The notes under the pieces were generated by a model, which did no database searches, had not been told where the DNA came from, and saw nothing but the letters and a program-made list of their open reading frames with translations. From NCBI GenBank assembly GCA_021513715.1, contig CP084167.1:3216843-3280842 (forward strand): a stretch of 64,000 bases of DNA, written 5' to 3'. This DNA comes from Candidatus Heimdallarchaeum endolithica (GTDB taxonomy: Archaea > Asgardarchaeota > Heimdallarchaeia > Heimdallarchaeales > Heimdallarchaeaceae). Position numbers and translations under genes: made by a program. Shown here one piece after another: positions 19,946 to 30,357 of this stretch (position 1 is its first letter; each line of letters opens with the position of its first letter).

Positions 19946-20338
19946 ATGACATCAACAAAATTCTCAGAAGATAAAGAAGTAAAAGAAAAAATCAAATCTC
20001 TTGTTCCATTAGATAAAAAATTATCTCCAGTCTTGCCAAAAGATGTTAAAGGTACTGTCAAGTGTTACATTGATGGGTGCGAAAAACAGTCATACTATAC
20101 ACTTGGTGTGTTATTGCCAAGTGTTTGGTTTACTCAAGAAATAAAACAAAAACTAGTTCCTGTGATCGTAACATCTTGTTTAGAACACAGAGATGCACTA
20201 ATTGACAATCTTCCAGAAAAAACTGTTTCTGTTATAATTCGTGATGTTTCAAGAGATTCTTTCGAAATTGTTTCTGATATGCTTAAACAAGCTTTAATTT
20301 CAAAAGAAGATGAATTAACAGTTTTTTATAGTTCTTGA
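19946..20338 (+). CDS. hypothetical protein
   Basis: 130 aa ORF convergent with the helicase. Confidence 0.35.
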   Translation: MTSTKFSEDKEVKEKIKSLVPLDKKLSPVLPKDVKGTVKCYIDGCEKQSYYTLGVLLPSVWFTQEIKQKLVPVIVTSCLEHRDALIDNLPEKTVSVIIRDVSRDSFEIVSDMLKQALISKEDELTVFYSS

Positions 20339-22944
20339 TTTTTAGGATTTTCTATTCTTTTTCCAATATTCTTTGAAGTTTTTTCTATTTCTACTTCTTT
20401 CAAAACTGAGGATAGCCTTTTTACCGCTTCTAGACTGTGAACAATTTGATCTAACCAAGAATAAATATCTCCTGGGTAAACTTGAATGTTTAAATTTTTT
20501 CTTATTTCTGTTGATATTCTAGTAGGGTTATATCCGTTTAATCTGTAGTTTACAATAATTTTAGAAAAAGTCTTTTCACCACAATCACAAAATGGTTTTT
20601 CAGGACAATCACATACAAATATCTCTTTAGTCCATTTTGAAAAAGTATCTAATATGAATGAGCTGGGTTTCCTATCTATACCCCACGATTCACCAGAATA
20701 TAGGTCAAGAATTGCTCCTGAGAAAACACTAGTAGATATTGTTGACTTTAATAACCGTTCTACTTCTGCTTGTAATCTAGAAGATAAATAAGCAGCAGTG
20801 AAAGGTCTAATAGAAACAGCTAAGTCTAACACTAAATCTTCACTTTTGATATTTTTCTGCCTTCTCTTAATTTCTTGAACTAAACGTAAAGCAAAAGGAG
20901 GGGCTAAGAAAGATAGAGAAGTGGCTTTTCCTAATTTTGTAGGATAAATAGTTTTATCTTTAAATTCAAGCATTTCCATTTTTACTAAATTTTTTACAAT
21001 GTCACTTAACTTGTTCGTTCTTCCAAGTAAGTTTGAAAATATCATTTTATCTCTTGAATCAATTTTAACTTTGGAAACAGCATTGATTATTGCGAGTACT
21101 TCTTCTTGCTCTTCTATTGTGTCTAAAACTGGTTCTACGGGTTCTATGGGCTGGGTAAGTAATTTGAACGCTATTTGCTCTTCTGTTAAATCTTGTCTTG
21201 AATAAATTTTTCTTCCTGGTTCTACTAATAAGTAAACTTTACCTTTATCATGAAACCCAAATCTTCCAGCCCTTCCTAACATTTGATGGAACTCTGCAAC
21301 TGTTAACCATTCTACTCCCATAGCTAAATTCTCGAAAATAACTAGAGAAGCAGGAAAGTCTACTCCAGCTCCCAAAGCGATAGTAGTAACAACAGTAGAA
21401 AAAGCTCCTGTTTCAAATTTATTTTCTATTTTTTTTCTTTGTGAGTAAGTTAATCCAGCATGATAATGTGTTGCTCTAACTCCTTTTTTGGTTAATAAAC
21501 TAGCTATCTTTTCGCATCCTTTCCTCGAATTTGTAAAAACTAAGGTCTGTCCTTTGTACCCCATTGAAGACTTTATTCTTTCTTCTTTTCTGCAGAGATC
21601 AACTAAAAAATTAATTCTTTGTTCTTCAGAATCAGTAAGGATTACATGTCTTTCTAGAGGGATAGGACGATCAGTATAAATTACAGGGGTAGAATTTAGT
21701 TCCTCTGCTAGTTCTTTAGGATTACCAATTGTTGCTGAAAGATAAATAAATTGAGCCCTAGGAAAAAGAGCTTTTAATCTAGTGATTAAACCATTTAACC
21801 TAAATCCTCTCTCTTTTGCCATTAACATCTGAATTTCATCTATACAAATAGTACCTACATTTCCTAATTCTTTAGCTCTTCCATCTCTAAGAACAAAATC
21901 AAGTGCTTCATATGTAGCAACAATAATATCTGATTGTAAACTCCCATCAACAATCGGTTTTTCAATGTCGGTTACTATTCTACTCATACCTACTTTAATT
22001 GAAGTTTTAAAACTGATTTTGCGATATCTTTTTCTAAAATGTTCGTATTTCTGATTTGTAAGAGCAACTAATGGAGACAAATAGATAAATCTCTTTTTTT
22101 CCTTTATAAGATTAGTAATCCCTGCTAGTTCACCTATTAGAGTTTTTCCTGAAGAGGTTCCAGCTACTATTAACAAATCTTTTTTTTCGAGTAATCCTGA
22201 TTCTAGTGCAAGCTTTTGAGCTGGAAGAAAATTCTTTACTCCTTCTTTAATCAAAAGATCTTTGAATCTTGAAGGAATTGTTTTTAGGTCTTCTACTTTT
22301 AATGAAATATCTGGTTTAGAGGCTCGAATAATATCGAATAATGTACTTTCTTTGTCATTAATATTTGATTCAACACCCAAAGTTATAGAGTTTAAAACCT
22401 CATCTAGAGAACCTTTTCTTCGAGCTTGTTGTTCATAGAATTTTATTATTCCTGCAGAAAAATTGATTGAAGTTCTTTTTATTTCAGTAATTAACTCTCG
22501 TCTAATACACAATTTACAAATACTTTTCCCCTTAAAAAGAACATTCTCTTCTTCACCTAATTCAGTCCATCTTTGCTTATTTAAACAATATCTGCAAATA
22601 TTAGCTACCTTTGGCTTTTTTATTTTAAAAGTGTTAAAATATTCAATAAATCCTTTCTGGTTAAAAGGAAGATCGCTTTTGTCTACAACCAAATATGATG
22701 CATTTTTTAGATCCTCTGTTGCTTCTTTAGGGCGTATATACTTTACTGTATTTCTTCCTAGTTTTAAGTATTTATAAACTCGAAGAAGATTTTTTTCGTA
22801 AATGAACTGAAGTCTGCAGTGTGAAACAGCTTTTTTGTCTTTTTTCCCAGAAACATGAAAATAAATTATATCTGTAGAAAGTTTTTCCTTATTAAAGTTA
22901 AATAAAACAGCTATATACGGCTTTGGAATCTTCATTAAAATCAC
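20326..22944 (-). CDS. SF2 DEAD/DEAH-box helicase, Hel308/Ski2-like core, with N-terminal Zn-finger domain and Cys-rich C-terminal extension
   Basis: Motif I 'GTSSGKT', II 'DEIQ', III 'LSATIGN', VI 'QMLGRAGR'. N-terminal 'CRYC...CKLC'. C-terminal 'CDCPEKPFCDCGEK'. Confidence 0.75.
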   Translation of the reverse strand: MILMKIPKPYIAVLFNFNKEKLSTDIIYFHVSGKKDKKAVSHCRLQFIYEKNLLRVYKYLKLGRNTVKYIRPKEATEDLKNASYLVVDKSDLPFNQKGFIEYFNTFKIKKPKVANICRYCLNKQRWTELGEEENVLFKGKSICKLCIRRELITEIKRTSINFSAGIIKFYEQQARRKGSLDEVLNSITLGVESNINDKESTLFDIIRASKPDISLKVEDLKTIPSRFKDLLIKEGVKNFLPAQKLALESGLLEKKDLLIVAGTSSGKTLIGELAGITNLIKEKKRFIYLSPLVALTNQKYEHFRKRYRKISFKTSIKVGMSRIVTDIEKPIVDGSLQSDIIVATYEALDFVLRDGRAKELGNVGTICIDEIQMLMAKERGFRLNGLITRLKALFPRAQFIYLSATIGNPKELAEELNSTPVIYTDRPIPLERHVILTDSEEQRINFLVDLCRKEERIKSSMGYKGQTLVFTNSRKGCEKIASLLTKKGVRATHYHAGLTYSQRKKIENKFETGAFSTVVTTIALGAGVDFPASLVIFENLAMGVEWLTVAEFHQMLGRAGRFGFHDKGKVYLLVEPGRKIYSRQDLTEEQIAFKLLTQPIEPVEPVLDTIEEQEEVLAIINAVSKVKIDSRDKMIFSNLLGRTNKLSDIVKNLVKMEMLEFKDKTIYPTKLGKATSLSFLAPPFALRLVQEIKRRQKNIKSEDLVLDLAVSIRPFTAAYLSSRLQAEVERLLKSTISTSVFSGAILDLYSGESWGIDRKPSSFILDTFSKWTKEIFVCDCPEKPFCDCGEKTFSKIIVNYRLNGYNPTRISTEIRKNLNIQVYPGDIYSWLDQIVHSLEAVKRLSSVLKEVEIEKTSKNIGKRIENPKNQEL

Positions 22945-22958
22945 AAAAATTGAAAAAA

Positions 22959-23441
22959 TTAATTTTCTAAGAATTTATGTCCACATAAAGGACAAAATTT
23001 GACATTAATACTAACTTTTTCTTTACACTGTGGGCATTCTTTAAATAGTGGAGAACCACAATATTTACAGAATTTAGTTAGTTTTACTTCTTTTTTACAA
23101 GTTGGACACATTACTGTTTTTTTTCCCTTTTGAGTTTCTGTTCCCTTTACTGGAGTAGAAATTTGCTGTAAAGTTGTTGGAACATATTCTTGATATTTAT
23201 CTGATGAAGGTGGATAGCTCTCACTTTTTCTAGTTTCTATTTTGCTAATAGTAAGTTTTGGGTCTATTTTATGAAGAAAATTTTTGATATTTGTGTTAGA
23301 TTCTGTTGAAAGAGGTTTCCTTTTTTGGGCTAATAGAGCTAGTTTTAGAAACTCCACAACATCTTCTTGTTCTGCTCCACAATGAGGGCAGACCTTTAAT
23401 GATTCTTCAATTTCTTCCCAACAACTTAAACATTTTTTCAC
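22959..23441 (-). CDS. double zinc-ribbon protein
   Basis: 'CLSCW...CPHCG' and 'CPTCK...CKYCG...CPQCK...CPLCG'. Stop is 15 bp upstream of the helicase start on the same strand. Confidence 0.5.
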   Translation of the reverse strand: MKKCLSCWEEIEESLKVCPHCGAEQEDVVEFLKLALLAQKRKPLSTESNTNIKNFLHKIDPKLTISKIETRKSESYPPSSDKYQEYVPTTLQQISTPVKGTETQKGKKTVMCPTCKKEVKLTKFCKYCGSPLFKECPQCKEKVSINVKFCPLCGHKFLEN

Positions 23442-23585
23442 TGCATATCGCCTAATTCTTCTGTTTCTGAAAAGTCTTACAAGCTTATAAAAGTAGCTAT
23501 TTTAGTATTTTATTTGGCTTTTTTTGGCAGAGCTAGAATTATCGATAATTATATATAGAAAAATAATTTCGTTTTCAAGATACAA

Positions 23586-23978
23586 ATGGCCAAGAAAAAA
23601 AAGATAAAGTGTAAGAAGTGTGGAGCTGAATGGTTACCAAATGAGGTTGAAACAAAGAAAGAGTGGAATATGATTAGTCCAATGCCAGATAAGGATGGAA
23701 ACGTAACCATAACAAGAATGGCATCTTGGAATTGTCCTTCTTGTGGGAAAAATGTGACAGGAGCAAAAGGTAAAACAAAAGGCGAATTTAGAGTAGAAGA
23801 TACACCTAAATATAAAATTGAACATGCTTTGGATTCTGGAAAAGAAATCGATCTTGAACAATTGGCTGAAGAAATAGGTTTTAAAGTTGAAAACCTTATT
23901 AAAATTATTCCTGCTTATATGAAAAAGAAGGGTCTGAAAGGGGAAATAAAGGGAAAAACATTCATTCCAAAGAAGTAG
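23586..23978 (+). CDS. lysine-rich zinc-ribbon protein
   Basis: 'CKKCGAEW...CPSCGKNV'; divergent from the Zn-ribbon/helicase operon. Confidence 0.45.
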   Translation: MAKKKKIKCKKCGAEWLPNEVETKKEWNMISPMPDKDGNVTITRMASWNCPSCGKNVTGAKGKTKGEFRVEDTPKYKIEHALDSGKEIDLEQLAEEIGFKVENLIKIIPAYMKKKGLKGEIKGKTFIPKK

Positions 23979-24087
23979 ATTATTTTCCATAGTTTTCTTT
24001 TTTTTAAATATCAGAATGGCAAAAATTTTTAAAGAGAAAAATAGACAGACGTCTGAAAACAAAAAGAAACAATGGAGCAGATAAATT

Positions 24088-24315
24088 ATGACATACACAG
24101 CTTTTGATGGGATAATCTCAAAAAATGGATGGCTTGTATTTTGGTTAGTACTCTTTACAATATTGACAGTTTTTGGTTTAATATTGGCATATTTGTATTT
24201 TAGAACGTCCCAAAATAGAACAAGAAAAGCTACAATATCTATAATACTATTTAATATTCTTGTTATAGCGTTTGAATTGCAGCTTATTTTTATTAAAATA
24301 AATGTTAATTTCTAG
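24088..24315 (+). CDS. small membrane protein
   Basis: 75 aa, two hydrophobic helices. Confidence 0.3.
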   Translation: MTYTAFDGIISKNGWLVFWLVLFTILTVFGLILAYLYFRTSQNRTRKATISIILFNILVIAFELQLIFIKINVNF

Positions 24316-24448
24316 TTTTTTTATTTTTGTCTTTTAAATTTTTAACTTTAGAACTTTTTTTCCTATCAAGTTAGAATTTCAAAAAGGTTAAATAATCTAA
24401 AATGAATTAAGAACAAGATAGCTAGTTATTTAGTGGTAGAATGATACA

Positions 24449-25297
24449 ATGAACTTCTTTAGTTATTTACCTTATTTAAACAGAGAAAATACAAGCTGGT
24501 TATTCAAAAAAAGTGAAAAAATAGAGGAGATTACAGATGAAGATTTCGTCTTTCAACTAAAGAAAGTTCTGAACTCTGAAACTCTAACTAGCTCACAAAA
24601 AAGGAAAATTTGGCAAATCTCAATGGAGAATTTGTTTTTTGGTGAAATGCATCGTAGTTTCATTTTTACTCCGACATCTAAATTTCTTAAAACAACAGAT
24701 ATAAAGACTGCAATAAACAAAAAACTCCAAGCAATAACTAAAGAAGAGAAGATGGCTTGTTCTCCTATATATGTATCAATGATGGAAAAAAAACCTTTAC
24801 ACTTTCTTATTTCATTCTCTCTCGAAAAAGCTACAAATTTTGAAAAATTTCTTGAGATTCCCTTAAGTAGACATTTGGTTTTTAATATCTTCCCTGAAAA
24901 AGGTTTTTGCACTTTTTGGCCGTTAGATAAGGATGTTAAACTTAAAGTTGCATTGAAATTAATTAATGATCTCTTCTCTGATACAAAAGAGATTAGAGTA
25001 AATGCTCTTCTATTACGCAAGTTTTCTACCCAAGATCAAATGAAAAGGATGGTTATTTCTACTCCTCCCGAAATAGCGGGTTTTTCTGGTTTAGATACAA
25101 TAGAATTCTATGGTTCAGATGTGATGTTAGGTTTATCTGGACTAAAAAGAAGACATGATGCTAACGTGGAAAAAATTACTAGAGTTGGACCATTAACAGA
25201 TTTAGAATCTGATAATATAAGGTTAAAAGCAGGGAAAGGTGTGCAAGTAAAAAATTATTCTGCTATTGATAAACTTCTTACAGTTGTTAAAACATAA
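24449..25297 (+). CDS. hypothetical protein
   Basis: 282 aa ORF with no recognisable motif. Confidence 0.4.
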   Translation: MNFFSYLPYLNRENTSWLFKKSEKIEEITDEDFVFQLKKVLNSETLTSSQKRKIWQISMENLFFGEMHRSFIFTPTSKFLKTTDIKTAINKKLQAITKEEKMACSPIYVSMMEKKPLHFLISFSLEKATNFEKFLEIPLSRHLVFNIFPEKGFCTFWPLDKDVKLKVALKLINDLFSDTKEIRVNALLLRKFSTQDQMKRMVISTPPEIAGFSGLDTIEFYGSDVMLGLSGLKRRHDANVEKITRVGPLTDLESDNIRLKAGKGVQVKNYSAIDKLLTVVKT

Positions 25298-25366
25298 CCT
25301 TTATTTGTTCCGTTCTTTTCTCTTCCTAAAGGTAAACTTGAAAGAAAAGTATAGGCGTATCGAAAG

Positions 25367-25405
25367 TTTTTTTATAAAACTACTAAATGTAAAACAAAAA
25401 AGGAG
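25367..25405 (+). promoter_or_regulatory. TATA-like box 'TTTTTATAAA' plus 'GGAG' Shine-Dalgarno upstream of porG
   Basis: TATA-like element about 40 nt upstream of the ATG at 25415; GGAG at 25402-25405. Confidence 0.4.
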
Positions 25406-25414
25406 TAAGATAAC

Positions 25415-25969
25415 ATGATTGAACTACTTCAAATAAGTAGAGGTGGATCTGGAGGCGTTACAGGAGCTAAAATTTTAGCTGAAGCTGCAATGTATGAAGG
25501 ACTAGACTCACAAGCTATCCCTAAATATGGGGCTGAAAGAAGAGGAGCTAAAGTTGAAGCTTACGTTCGTTTTGACACATCCCCTATAAGGATACACAGT
25601 CCAGTCTACAACCCAACACACGCTATGGTATTAGATTCATCACTCATCAAGAGTTTAGAAATAGACAAAGTTAGTAAAGATGGAATTATTATGATAAATT
25701 CCTCTCATATTCCTGATTTTCTTAAAGGAACAAACAGAAAAGTAGCTTACGTTGACGCTACTAGTATCTCAAAGGAACTAGGTTTAGTCGTAAGTGGTTT
25801 CACTCTTACAAACGTAACAATGTTAGGTTGTTTTGCGAAAGCGACAGGAATAATAAAAATTGAAAACATAGAAAAAGCAATCGAGAAAACACTAGGCGCG
25901 AAAATTGCACCAAAAAATATCGAGGCTGCAAGACGCGCTTATGAAAAAACAAAGGTGGAAATAGCATGA
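25415..25969 (+). CDS. porG: pyruvate/2-oxoacid:ferredoxin oxidoreductase gamma subunit
   Basis: 184 aa gamma-subunit-like; first gene of the GDAB operon. Confidence 0.8.
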   Translation: MIELLQISRGGSGGVTGAKILAEAAMYEGLDSQAIPKYGAERRGAKVEAYVRFDTSPIRIHSPVYNPTHAMVLDSSLIKSLEIDKVSKDGIIMINSSHIPDFLKGTNRKVAYVDATSISKELGLVVSGFTLTNVTMLGCFAKATGIIKIENIEKAIEKTLGAKIAPKNIEAARRAYEKTKVEIA

Positions 25970-26241
25970 CAGAAAAAGAACCAAGTATGCCAATTTTATA
26001 TCCAATAGAAGGAGCTGCAGGTTTAACTGGTGATTGGAGAACACAAAGACCAATCGTTGACCCAGAAAAATGTAAAATGTGTAATATCTGTTGGCAATAT
26101 TGCCCAGACTTAGCAATAACTGCAGCAAATAAAGATGAAAATAAAGTGATTGTATTTGATTATACTTATTGCAAAGGATGTGGAATTTGCGCCAGTGAAT
26201 GTCCTTTTGGAGCAATTCATATGGAAAAAGAGGTGGACTAA
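25966..26241 (+). CDS. porD: pyruvate:ferredoxin oxidoreductase delta subunit (2x[4Fe-4S] ferredoxin)
   Basis: 'CKMCNICWQYCPD' and 'CKGCGICASECP' cluster motifs. Confidence 0.85.
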   Translation: MTEKEPSMPILYPIEGAAGLTGDWRTQRPIVDPEKCKMCNICWQYCPDLAITAANKDENKVIVFDYTYCKGCGICASECPFGAIHMEKEVD

Positions 26242-27372
26242 ATGGCTGAAGAAGTAGTTATGTTAACGGGTAATCATTCAGTATCTGAAGCAGTAAAGAG
26301 AGTTAAACCTGATGTGATTGCTGCATACCCTATAACTCCCCAAACAGCAATTATAGAGTATTTAAGTAAACTAGTAGATTCTGGGGAAATGGATAGCCAT
26401 TTTATTAGAGTAGAATCTGAACATTCTGCTTTAGCAGCTGTTGCTGGAGCATCATGGGCAGGAGCAAGAACTTTTACAGCAACAAGTAGTCAAGGATTAC
26501 TATATATGGGAGAATGGGTTTTCTGGACAGGTTATGCCCGCTTACCAGTCGTAATGGCTGTTGTAAATAGATGTTTGGCTCCTGGGTGGAGTATATGGGT
26601 AGATTTACAAGACTCGATGGCCTTTAGAGACGCAGGTTGGATACAAATTTACAATAAAAATAATCAAGAGGTATTTGATACAACAATTCAATCCTACAAA
26701 ATAGCAGAAAGTAAAGATATAGCTTTACCAGTCATGCCTTGTTTAGATGGATTTGTTCTCAGCCACACAAGTTCCAAAGTAATTCTAAGTGACCCTGAAG
26801 AGGTTTATAATTTTGTTGGAGATTATTCTGATCCAATTATCGAAATTGATACTGGAAAACCTTTTGCTTATGGTTCAATTGTTATGCCAGATAAATACAA
26901 TAAAGATAGAAAAGATCTGATGGAAGCAATGGAAAGAGCTAAAGCTAAAATAAAAGCGGTAAATAAAGAGTTTTCTGAGACTTTTGGTAGAACTTATGGT
27001 AATGGTCTAATAGAAAAATACGGTGATGATGACGCTGATTTAACAATTGTTGGTATTGGTACAATGGCTGATGAAACACAACAAGCGATTGACATGCTTA
27101 CTTCAGAGGGTTTAAAAGTAAATTCTGTCAGAGTCAGAACATTTAGACCTTTCCCAACAGAAGATATAATTGATATCGCTAAAAAGAATCATAAGTTACT
27201 TGTAATCGATAGGTCAGTAAGTTTTGGACATGAAGGACATTTGCAAATGGAAATAGAGTCAGTACTAAAACGAAATAGCATTGACACTCCTGTCATAGGA
27301 AAGGTGATGGGACTAGGCGGAGAAGACGTTCCATATACTCGTATCGCTAAAGTAGCGAAGGAGAATCTGTGA
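26242..27372 (+). CDS. porA: pyruvate:ferredoxin oxidoreductase alpha subunit
   Basis: 376 aa, POR alpha domain order; translationally coupled to porD. Confidence 0.85.
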   Translation: MAEEVVMLTGNHSVSEAVKRVKPDVIAAYPITPQTAIIEYLSKLVDSGEMDSHFIRVESEHSALAAVAGASWAGARTFTATSSQGLLYMGEWVFWTGYARLPVVMAVVNRCLAPGWSIWVDLQDSMAFRDAGWIQIYNKNNQEVFDTTIQSYKIAESKDIALPVMPCLDGFVLSHTSSKVILSDPEEVYNFVGDYSDPIIEIDTGKPFAYGSIVMPDKYNKDRKDLMEAMERAKAKIKAVNKEFSETFGRTYGNGLIEKYGDDDADLTIVGIGTMADETQQAIDMLTSEGLKVNSVRVRTFRPFPTEDIIDIAKKNHKLLVIDRSVSFGHEGHLQMEIESVLKRNSIDTPVIGKVMGLGGEDVPYTRIAKVAKENL

Positions 27373-27373
27373 G

Positions 27374-28285
27374 GTGAAAAGAATGCCAACAACACTTAAA
27401 GATTTAATGAATAATCCTAAAGAAGCATTACTTAAAGGTCATTTTGCTTGTGCAGGATGCGGAAGCGCTTTAGCTTTTCGCCATGCAATAGGAGCAATAG
27501 CTGATAAAGCAGTTGTGGTAATTCCTGCTTGTTGTACATCAGTATATCAAGGATTTGGAAGAGGAGTAGCTTTTGACGTTCCAACAATAAATGTTGCTTT
27601 TGCCTCTTCTGATGCAGTTGCTGCAGGAATCAAACATGCAATGGAGAAAAAAGGAAAAGAAGCACATGTAGTAGCTTGGGCAGGAGATGGAGGTACAGCA
27701 GACATAGGAATCGCTACTCTTATTGGTGCTTGTGATAGACAAGATAACATACTACATATAATGTATAGTAATAATGTCTATAGTAACACAGGTGGACAAA
27801 GAAGTGGAGACACCCCTATTGGAGCAAGAACAACCACTACACCTTTTGGTAATAAAGCACAAAGGAAAATGGTTCCTTTCATAATGATGGCTAATAATGC
27901 AAGTTATGTTGCTACAGCTTCAGTAGCCTATATACCTGATCTTGTTGATAAAGTGAAAAAGGCAATAAGCTATGATGGTTTCAAATTCATTGAAATCGAT
28001 GCTAGTTGCCCTGTAGCATGGAAATCAGATTCTGCTGACTCTATCAAAGTTGCAAGATTAGCTGTAGAAACAGGTGTGTGGCCACTGTTTGAATGGGACA
28101 ATAAATCAAATAAAGCTGTCTTAAGTAAAAGAGGAAGCAAGTTTAGAAATAAAGAAAATAGAAAACCAATTGAAGAATGGTTAAATATTCAAGGAAGATT
28201 CAAAGGAATGTCTGATGAAGAGATTAAAAACCTCTATGCTGATGTTGATCGTCAATGGACTTTCCTCGAAAAATTCCTAGAATAA
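27374..28285 (+). CDS. porB: pyruvate:ferredoxin oxidoreductase beta subunit (TPP-binding)
   Basis: 'GDGGTADIG' TPP-binding motif, Cys ligands 'CAGCGS'. Confidence 0.85.
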   Translation: MKRMPTTLKDLMNNPKEALLKGHFACAGCGSALAFRHAIGAIADKAVVVIPACCTSVYQGFGRGVAFDVPTINVAFASSDAVAAGIKHAMEKKGKEAHVVAWAGDGGTADIGIATLIGACDRQDNILHIMYSNNVYSNTGGQRSGDTPIGARTTTTPFGNKAQRKMVPFIMMANNASYVATASVAYIPDLVDKVKKAISYDGFKFIEIDASCPVAWKSDSADSIKVARLAVETGVWPLFEWDNKSNKAVLSKRGSKFRNKENRKPIEEWLNIQGRFKGMSDEEIKNLYADVDRQWTFLEKFLE

Positions 28286-28344
28286 TTTTTTTTCTATTTA
28301 CCTTTATCGATGTTTTTTAATAATGATTAGTAAATTTAGTATTA

Positions 28345-28992
28345 GTGTCTAACTTGGATAATAATTCTAAAACTGAAGAGCTCTACAGTATGATTGTAGG
28401 TTTTATTGAAAGCGCAATAAAGCTAAAAAGCCTACCAAGGCAAGGATGGATTAGAGTAGGTATTCCGCTATCAGTAGTTGAAAGTGTAGCTGATCACTGC
28501 TACAACACAGCAATGTTGTCTTTACTTTTAGTAGACCTACACAACGAACTTTACAAAGATGAACAACTTTCTTCAGAACTAGTGATGAGAATCGCTATTG
28601 TTCATGATTTACCAGAATGTAAATATCAAGATTTTGATAAACAAGTAGAAATCTTGGTTGGAAAAGACCATTACCTAGAATTTAAGACGCAGATTCTAAC
28701 AAATGCAAGCAATGAATTACTTTCACTAATTCTAAATGAAAATGTGAAAGAGTTATGGAAAAAAACATTAGATGATGTTATTGTTAAGTCCTCAAGAGAA
28801 GCTAAATTTGTTAGCTATGTAGATAAATTAGAAGTAATTGTTCAAGCCTTAGCCTATGAGAAACAGGGTTATAACCCCAGAATTTTTGATGAATATTGGA
28901 ACACTTCGTTAGACTATCTCAGTTCTTGTACTTTTGAAGTGATAAACAACCTTATTCCTCAATTAAAACAAGCTAGATTGCAAAACTTCTAG
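28345..28992 (+). CDS. HD-domain phosphohydrolase (YfbR-like 5'-nucleotidase family)
   Basis: 'ADHCYNTAML' and 'IVHDLPECKYQDFD' HD motifs. Confidence 0.6.
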   Translation: MSNLDNNSKTEELYSMIVGFIESAIKLKSLPRQGWIRVGIPLSVVESVADHCYNTAMLSLLLVDLHNELYKDEQLSSELVMRIAIVHDLPECKYQDFDKQVEILVGKDHYLEFKTQILTNASNELLSLILNENVKELWKKTLDDVIVKSSREAKFVSYVDKLEVIVQALAYEKQGYNPRIFDEYWNTSLDYLSSCTFEVINNLIPQLKQARLQNF

Positions 28993-29113
28993 TTTTTTTT
29001 AAATAAATTAAAATGCACTTTTTTCCTTCTTAAATAATTTTAAATAGCAAAAAAGTTTAATAGTTTTAGATAAAATTTACTTTATAGCTAATTATAACAA
29101 TTGATGATGAAAC

Positions 29114-30295
29114 ATGGACTTAGAAGATAAATACAACGAACTTCAAGTTTCTCCTTTTAATATCCCTTTTCTCCGTGATTTAGGAATTAAAGTTGTTGCT
29201 ATTGTAAACTTCGACATACTCTTCGGTCCAGTCTGTTTTTTGAAAGAACTTTCTAGTTCATCTTTCGGTAAGAAATTAAAAAAAGTTGATATGTTAGCAG
29301 AACTTTATACAGGTTTTGCTAGAACTGATATTGATGTTATTACTACTCTAGATGAGAAGGTAATTGTGAGCAGTTACACAGAAAAACTGGAAACAAGTGA
29401 AGTTACGTCTCTTCTTTTCCTTGTTTGTGTTCCTTCTGCTGATACTGAAAAACTGGTTCAATATTGTCGTTCTCTAACAAAGAGAATAAAGGGAGAACCT
29501 GAAAAATTTAATTCTGCTTTATCCTTTATTATTGAGCAAGAAAGAAAGAAAAGTCATTCACTAATTATTGAACGAAATGGAACTAGAATAAAAGGATTGA
29601 ATATTAATGACGCAAGTATTGTGTCAGGTAATGAGTTCTTTAATTTCAATGGTTTTTTATTTATTGATTATAACCGTGCAGAAGTAGATGGAAGATTTTT
29701 CCCAAAAAGAGTAAATGAAAAAAAGGTTGATTTTAGAGCACTTGTAAAGTTTATTGACACTCAGAAAAATGAAGCTGAATTATCTTTTGGAGAGTTAATC
29801 ACACTCTACTATAAGGGGTTAGAACTGCTCATTTACTTGCATAACACTGGAGCAATTATGGTCGGAACAAAGAAATTGAGATCAAGGATTAATTATAATT
29901 TTATCAATAAATGGTTTTTCAATTTTTTTGATGTTTATTTAGGTGTTCATGGAGTTCCAGAAGAGAAAGGAACACTAGAAACTCTAAAATATTTAGATAG
30001 AGAAATCTCTGGAGAACCTAAAAGATTCATTATTTCAGAACTTATAGATTTAATGATTAATTCAGAGAAATCCACTCCAGAACTTTTAGTTAACCCCTCT
30101 TCAATAAGAAAGAGAGGGTGGATAAGTTTAAGGACAGAATATGAACTCTTCTTGGAATATTTAGGACTTTTCAATGGAGAACTTTCAATATATAAAATTT
30201 CTCAAGAAATGTCTGTACCCCTTTCCAAAGTTGTAGAGTTTATAATTTTTCTTAAATCAAGAAACTTACTTGAAGTTTATAAGAAAAAAAGATAA
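29114..30295 (+). CDS. hypothetical protein with C-terminal winged-helix-like segment
   Basis: 393 aa; C-terminus 'GELSIYKISQEMSVPLSKVVEFIIFLKSRNLLEV'. Confidence 0.4.
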   Translation: MDLEDKYNELQVSPFNIPFLRDLGIKVVAIVNFDILFGPVCFLKELSSSSFGKKLKKVDMLAELYTGFARTDIDVITTLDEKVIVSSYTEKLETSEVTSLLFLVCVPSADTEKLVQYCRSLTKRIKGEPEKFNSALSFIIEQERKKSHSLIIERNGTRIKGLNINDASIVSGNEFFNFNGFLFIDYNRAEVDGRFFPKRVNEKKVDFRALVKFIDTQKNEAELSFGELITLYYKGLELLIYLHNTGAIMVGTKKLRSRINYNFINKWFFNFFDVYLGVHGVPEEKGTLETLKYLDREISGEPKRFIISELIDLMINSEKSTPELLVNPSSIRKRGWISLRTEYELFLEYLGLFNGELSIYKISQEMSVPLSKVVEFIIFLKSRNLLEVYKKKR

Positions 30296-30357
30296 AAGAA
30301 TTTTTATAGTTTGTCGAAATTATTATTAACATTAAAAAAACTTGAAAGTGTAGTATT

